Shown here one piece after another: positions 60,596 to 61,827 of a DNA stretch of 61,827 nt. Each line of letters starts with the position of its first letter. The stretch's first letter is position 1. Source of the DNA: Longimicrobiales bacterium (lineage in GTDB: Bacteria; Gemmatimonadota; Gemmatimonadetes; Longimicrobiales; Gaopeijiaceae); contig CBDANQ010000031.1 of NCBI GenBank assembly GCA_965197725.1, forward strand, positions 1-61,827. Reading direction: 5' to 3'. Below the pieces are notes generated by a model. It made no database searches, was not told the DNA's origin, and was given only the letters and a program-made list of their open reading frames with translations. The translations under genes and the position numbers were made by a program.

Positions 60596-61827
60596 ACGAG
60601 CCCCTGCCAGCCCGCCGCGCGTACGTCGAGACATACGGATGTCAGATGAACATCAGCGACGGCGAGCTGATGGAAGGCGTGCTCGCGAGCAACGGATACA
60701 TCATCGTCGCCACTCCCGATGAGGCGGACGTGGTGCTGATCAACACCTGCGCGATCCGGGAGCACGCCGAGAAGCGTGTGCTCGGCCGCGTGGCGCAGCT
60801 CAACGGACTCAAGCGCGAACGCCCCGACATGGTCATCGGCGTGACCGGGTGCATGGCGCAGCGCCTGGGCGAGACCTTGCTCGAGCAGGCGCCCTACGTC
60901 GATCTGGTCATCGGGCCCGACGGTTACCGGGGTCTACCTCAGACCCTCGCGAGTCTCGAGCGGAGGCGGGCAACGCCTGGTTCCCAACGAAGCAAGAGGG
61001 GCGCTCAGCTCTCGGTGCTCGACCTCAGCCTCGGGGAGAACTATCAGGGGCTGGAGCAGCGCCGAGGCGAGGGCCCCACCGCCTGGCTCCCGATCCAGCG
61101 AGGCTGCGACCACCGTTGCCCGTTCTGCATCGTGCCCTACGTGCGGGGCCCCGCAAAAAACCGTGCGGCCTCGGAGATTCTTCAAGAGGTCCGCGGTCTG
61201 GTGGAGACCGGCGTGAGCGAGGTTACCCTGCTCGGCCAGACGGTCAATTCGTACGAGTGGGGTGATTGGCATTTCCCGCGCCTTCTCTCAGACGTGGCGC
61301 GAATCGACGGCATTGAGAGGGTGCGTTTTACGTCGCCGCATCCCATCGACGTCACTCCCGAGCTGGTCGATGTGATGGCCGCCGAGGCTGCCGTCTGTGA
61401 GCACCTGCACCTGCCGGCGCAGTCCGGAAACAACCGCACCTTGAAGCGTATGTTGCGGCGTTACACGGTAGAGAAGCTGCTGGAAAAGGTCGAGCTCGTG
61501 CGCAGGGCAATCCCGGACGTCGCGCTTTCAACGGACATCATCGTGGCGTTCCCCGGTGAAACCGATGACGAGTACGAGGACACGCTCGACTTGATGCGCA
61601 CGGTGCGTTTCGATGAGGCGTTCACCTACAAGTACTCCCCGCGCGACGGCACCCCGGCGACGAAGTTCCCCCAAGAGGACTTCATAGACCTGGACCTTGC
61701 GCAGGCACGTCTGGAGGGGCTCATCGACGTGAGCCGCGCCATCCAGGCCGAGATCAACGCCCGAGAGGTCGGTCGTGTCGAGCGGGTCTTGATCGAACGA
61801 AAGGGCCGGAGCCAAGGTCAGATCCTC
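60592..61827 (+). CDS. miaB: tRNA i6A37 methylthiotransferase, partial (runs off the window)
   Basis: Own translation from ATG 60592: ETYGCQMN, NTCAIREHAE, GCMAQ, QRGCDHRCPFCIVPYVRG, LLGQTVNSY; no stop before the window end. Confidence 0.93.
   Translation, partial: MNEPLPARRAYVETYGCQMNISDGELMEGVLASNGYIIVATPDEADVVLINTCAIREHAEKRVLGRVAQLNGLKRERPDMVIGVTGCMAQRLGETLLEQAPYVDLVIGPDGYRGLPQTLASLERRRATPGSQRSKRGAQLSVLDLSLGENYQGLEQRRGEGPTAWLPIQRGCDHRCPFCIVPYVRGPAKNRAASEILQEVRGLVETGVSEVTLLGQTVNSYEWGDWHFPRLLSDVARIDGIERVRFTSPHPIDVTPELVDVMAAEAAVCEHLHLPAQSGNNRTLKRMLRRYTVEKLLEKVELVRRAIPDVALSTDIIVAFPGETDDEYEDTLDLMRTVRFDEAFTYKYSPRDGTPATKFPQEDFIDLDLAQARLEGLIDVSRAIQAEINAREVGRVERVLIERKGRSQGQIL

Overview
High-GC bacterial chromosome segment; gene content and order suggest Gemmatimonadota (inference, not tested). 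It has two very different halves. Bases 1 to ~26.8 kb are an eroding accessory/metabolic region. Intact genes there include a Tat-exported HisC-like aminotransferase, a Tat-exported sulfite-oxidase-family enzyme, an ACT-like regulator, a cupin, a haem-c lipoprotein, fdhD, mobA, a cytochrome c, a sensor kinase, glpD and glpQ. About ten genes are frameshifted, truncated or chimeric: an IS256 remnant, a lysW/lysZ/lysJ in-frame chimera, a serine hydrolase, a DUF2652-like gene, a scramblase, a CDGSH protein, a merA 3' end, an fdhF-like gene and a hybrid kinase. One IS1182-family element looks complete. Bases ~26.8 to 61.8 kb are intact core genome: a TPR protein, the dcw cluster mraZ to ftsZ, an M23 peptidase, a VWA-like protein, ftsY, recG, asnS, a D-2-hydroxyacid dehydrogenase, mazG, alr, cdd, a lipoprotein/beta-barrel pair, mtaB and a partial miaB. 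The best non-coding signal is a pair of ~240 bp MITE-like elements at TAG stop codons. They have long terminal inverted repeats and an internal multi-stem structure with compensatory base changes between copies, and short CTAG-bounded IS-end scars occur nearby. No CRISPR array, rRNA or tRNA was recognised. All family calls are by eye from motifs; no searches were run.
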